From Eledone cirrhosa (Eukaryota), in NCBI GenBank assembly GCA_964016885.1, contig OZ024743.1:237398001-237462000 (forward strand): a stretch of 64,000 bases of DNA, in the 5' to 3' direction. The notes below the pieces were generated by a model. The model was not told the DNA's origin and did not search any database. It worked only from the letters and a program-made list of their open reading frames with translations. This document shows, piece by piece, positions 61,291 through 64,000 of the stretch (its first letter is position 1; the number at the start of each line of letters is the position of its first letter). A program made the translations under genes and the position numbers.

Positions 61291-63701
61291 TGGCAGCAGT
61301 TCTCACTGAGATCTCTTCTAGGAATGGCAGCAGTTCTCACTGAGATCTCTTCTAGGAATGGCAGCAGTTCTCACTGAGATCTCTTCTAGGAATGGCAGCA
61401 GTTCTCACTGAGATCTCTTCAAGGAATGGCAGCAGTTCTCACTGACATCTCTTCTAGGAATGGCAGCAGTTCTCACTGAGATCTCTTCTAGGAATGGCAG
61501 CAGTTCTTACTGAGATGTCTTCTAGGAATGGCAGCAGTTCTTACTGAGATCTCTTCTAGGAATGGCAGCAGTTCTCACTGAGATCTCTTCTAGGAATGGC
61601 AGCAGTTCTCACTGAGATCTCTTCTAGGAATGGCAGCAGTTCTCACTCAGATCTCTTCAAGGAATGGCGGCAGTTCTCACTGAGATCTCTTCTAGGAATG
61701 GCAGCAGTTCTCACTGAGATCTCTTCAAGGAATGGCAGCAGTTCTCACTGACATCTCTTCTAGGAATGGCAGCAGTTCTCACTGAGATCTCTTCTAGGAA
61801 TGGCAGCAGTTCTTACTGAGATCTCTTCTAGGAATGGCAGCAGTTCTTACTGAGATCTCTTCTAGGAATGGCAGCAGTTCTCACTGAGATCTCTTCTAGG
61901 AATGGCAGCAGTTCTCACTGAGATCTCTTCTAGGAATGGTAGCAGTTCTCACTGAGATCTCTTCTAGGAATGGCAGCAGTTCTCACTGAGATCTCTTCAA
62001 GGAATGGCAGCAGTTCTTACTGAGATCTCTTCTAGGAATGGCGGCAGTTCTCACTGAGATCTCTTCTAGGAATGGCAGCAGTTCTCACTGAGATCTCTTC
62101 TAGGAATGGCAGCAGTTCTCACTGAGATCTCTTCAAGGAATGGCAGCAGTTCTTACTGAGATCTCTTCTAGGAATGGCAGCAGTTCTTACTGATATCTCT
62201 TCTAGGAATGGCAGCAGTTCTCACTAAGATCTCTTCTAGGAATGGCAGCAATTCTCACTGAGATCTCTTCTAGGAATGACAGCAGTTCTCACTGAGTTCT
62301 CTTCTAGGAATGGCAGCAGTTCTTACTGAGATCTCTTCTAGGAATGGCAGCAGTTCTCACTGAGATCTCTTCTAGGAATGGCAGCAGTTCTTACTGAGAT
62401 CTCTTCTAGGAATGGCAGCAGTTCTTACTGAGATCTCTTCTAGGAATGGCAGCAGTTCTTACTGAGATCTCTTCTAGGAATGGCAGCAGTTCTTACTGAT
62501 ATCTCTTCTAGGAATGGCAGCAGTTCTCACTAAGATCTCTTCTAGGAATGGCAGCAATTCTCACTGAGATCTCTTCTAGGAATGACAGCAGTTCTCACTG
62601 AGATCTCTTCTAGGAATGGCAGCAGTTCTCACTGAGATCTCTTCTAGGAATGGCAGCAGTTCTCACTGAGATCTCTTCAAGGAATGGCAGCAGTTCTCAC
62701 TGACATCTCTTCTAGGAATGGCAGCAGTTCTCACTGAGATCTCTTCTAGGAATGGCAGCAGTTCTTACTGAGATCTCTTCTAGGAATGGCAGCAGTTCTT
62801 ACTGAGATCTCTTCTAGGAATGGCAGCAGTTCTCACTGAGATATCTTCTAGGAATGGCAGCAGTTCTCACTGAGATCTCTTCTAGGAATGGTAGCAGTTC
62901 TCACTGAGATCTCTTCTAGGAATGGCAGCAGTTCTCACTGAGATCTCTTCTAGGAATGGCGGCAGTTCTCACTGAGATCTCTTCTAGGAATGGCAGCAGT
63001 TCTCACTGAGATCTCTTCTAGGAATGGCAGCAGTTCTCACTGAGATCTCTTCAAGGAATGGCAGCAGTTCTTACTGAGATCTCTTCTAGGAATGGCAGCA
63101 GTTCTTACTGATATCTCTTCTAGGAATGGCAGCAGTTCTCACTAAGATCTCTTCTAGGAATGGCAGCAATTCTCACTGAGATCTCTTCTAGGAATGACAG
63201 CAGTTCTCACTGAGTTCTCTTCTAGGAATGGCAGCAGTTCTTACTGAGATCTCTTCTAGGAATGGCAGCAGTTCTCACTGAGATCTCTTCTAGGAATGGC
63301 AGCAGTTCTTACTGAGATCTCTTCTAGGAATGGCAGCAGTTCTTACTGAGATCTCTTCTAGGAATGGCAGCAGTTCTTACTGAGATCTCTTCTAGGAATG
63401 GCAGCAGTTCTTACTGATATCATTTCTAGGAATGGCAGCAGTTCTCACTAAGATCTCTTCTAGGAATGGCAGCAATTCTCACTGAGATCTCTTCTAGTAA
63501 TGACAGCAGTTCTCACTGAGATCTCTTCTAGGAATGGCAGCAATTCTCTTCTAGGAATGGCAGCAGTTCTTACTGAGATCTCTTCAAGGAATGGCAGCAG
63601 TTTTCACTGACATCTCTTCTAGGAATGGCAGCAGTTATTACTGAGATCTCTTCTAGGAATGGCAGCAATTCTCACTGAGATCTCTTCTAGGAATGGCAGC
63701 A
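61291..63701. repeat. 34-bp minisatellite, about 71 units, with higher-order structure
   Basis: Unit ggcagcagttctcactgagatctcttctaggaat. Confidence 0.97.
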
Positions 63702-63823
63702 GAAGACTGACTTATATATTAATTACTATATCTAACAAGGATCCAAAGTGATGGTCTCACATAAAATGATCCAAATTAGTTAGGAGACAAACACACACAC
63801 AATCACATTATATTGTACACACA

Positions 63824-63858
<35 letters not shown>

Positions 63859-64000
63859 TCAACCATATTGTACATGCATACACACACAGTCACACTATTA
63901 CATTTTACACACACACTAATATATTGTACACACACACACTTTTGGTATGTGCAAGTGAGCCAAAAGTATGACAAACATATTTCAATTTATGATTCATTTA

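Noticed and set aside
61291-63701. CRISPR array
   Set aside because: Units are contiguous with no unique spacers; eukaryotic context and no cas genes

Overview
AT-rich, repeat-dense animal DNA. The SINE, RTE and Penelope content looks octopus/cephalopod-like, which is an inference. The window holds the last 14 coding exons of a DDX11/ChlR1 Fe-S DNA helicase gene on the + strand (2846-42907, about 449 codons, all introns GT-AG, reading frame continuous across junctions). Its 3' UTR carries a (CAC/CAT)n tract. Introns and the downstream flank are packed with mobile DNA: several RTE LINEs with a PHD-type zinc finger inside the RT domain (one copy apparently uninterrupted, one nearly so), a decayed Helentron-type Rep/helicase element with a putative promoter and spliced leader, nested non-autonomous Helitrons, a non-coding tRNA-Trp-primed LTR element, piggyBac-type MITEs, a CR1 LINE, Penelope-like remnants, two tRNA-headed SINE families and several minisatellites. 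One Penelope-associated minimal type I hammerhead ribozyme looks intact. All calls are by eye from sequence and motifs; no searches were run.
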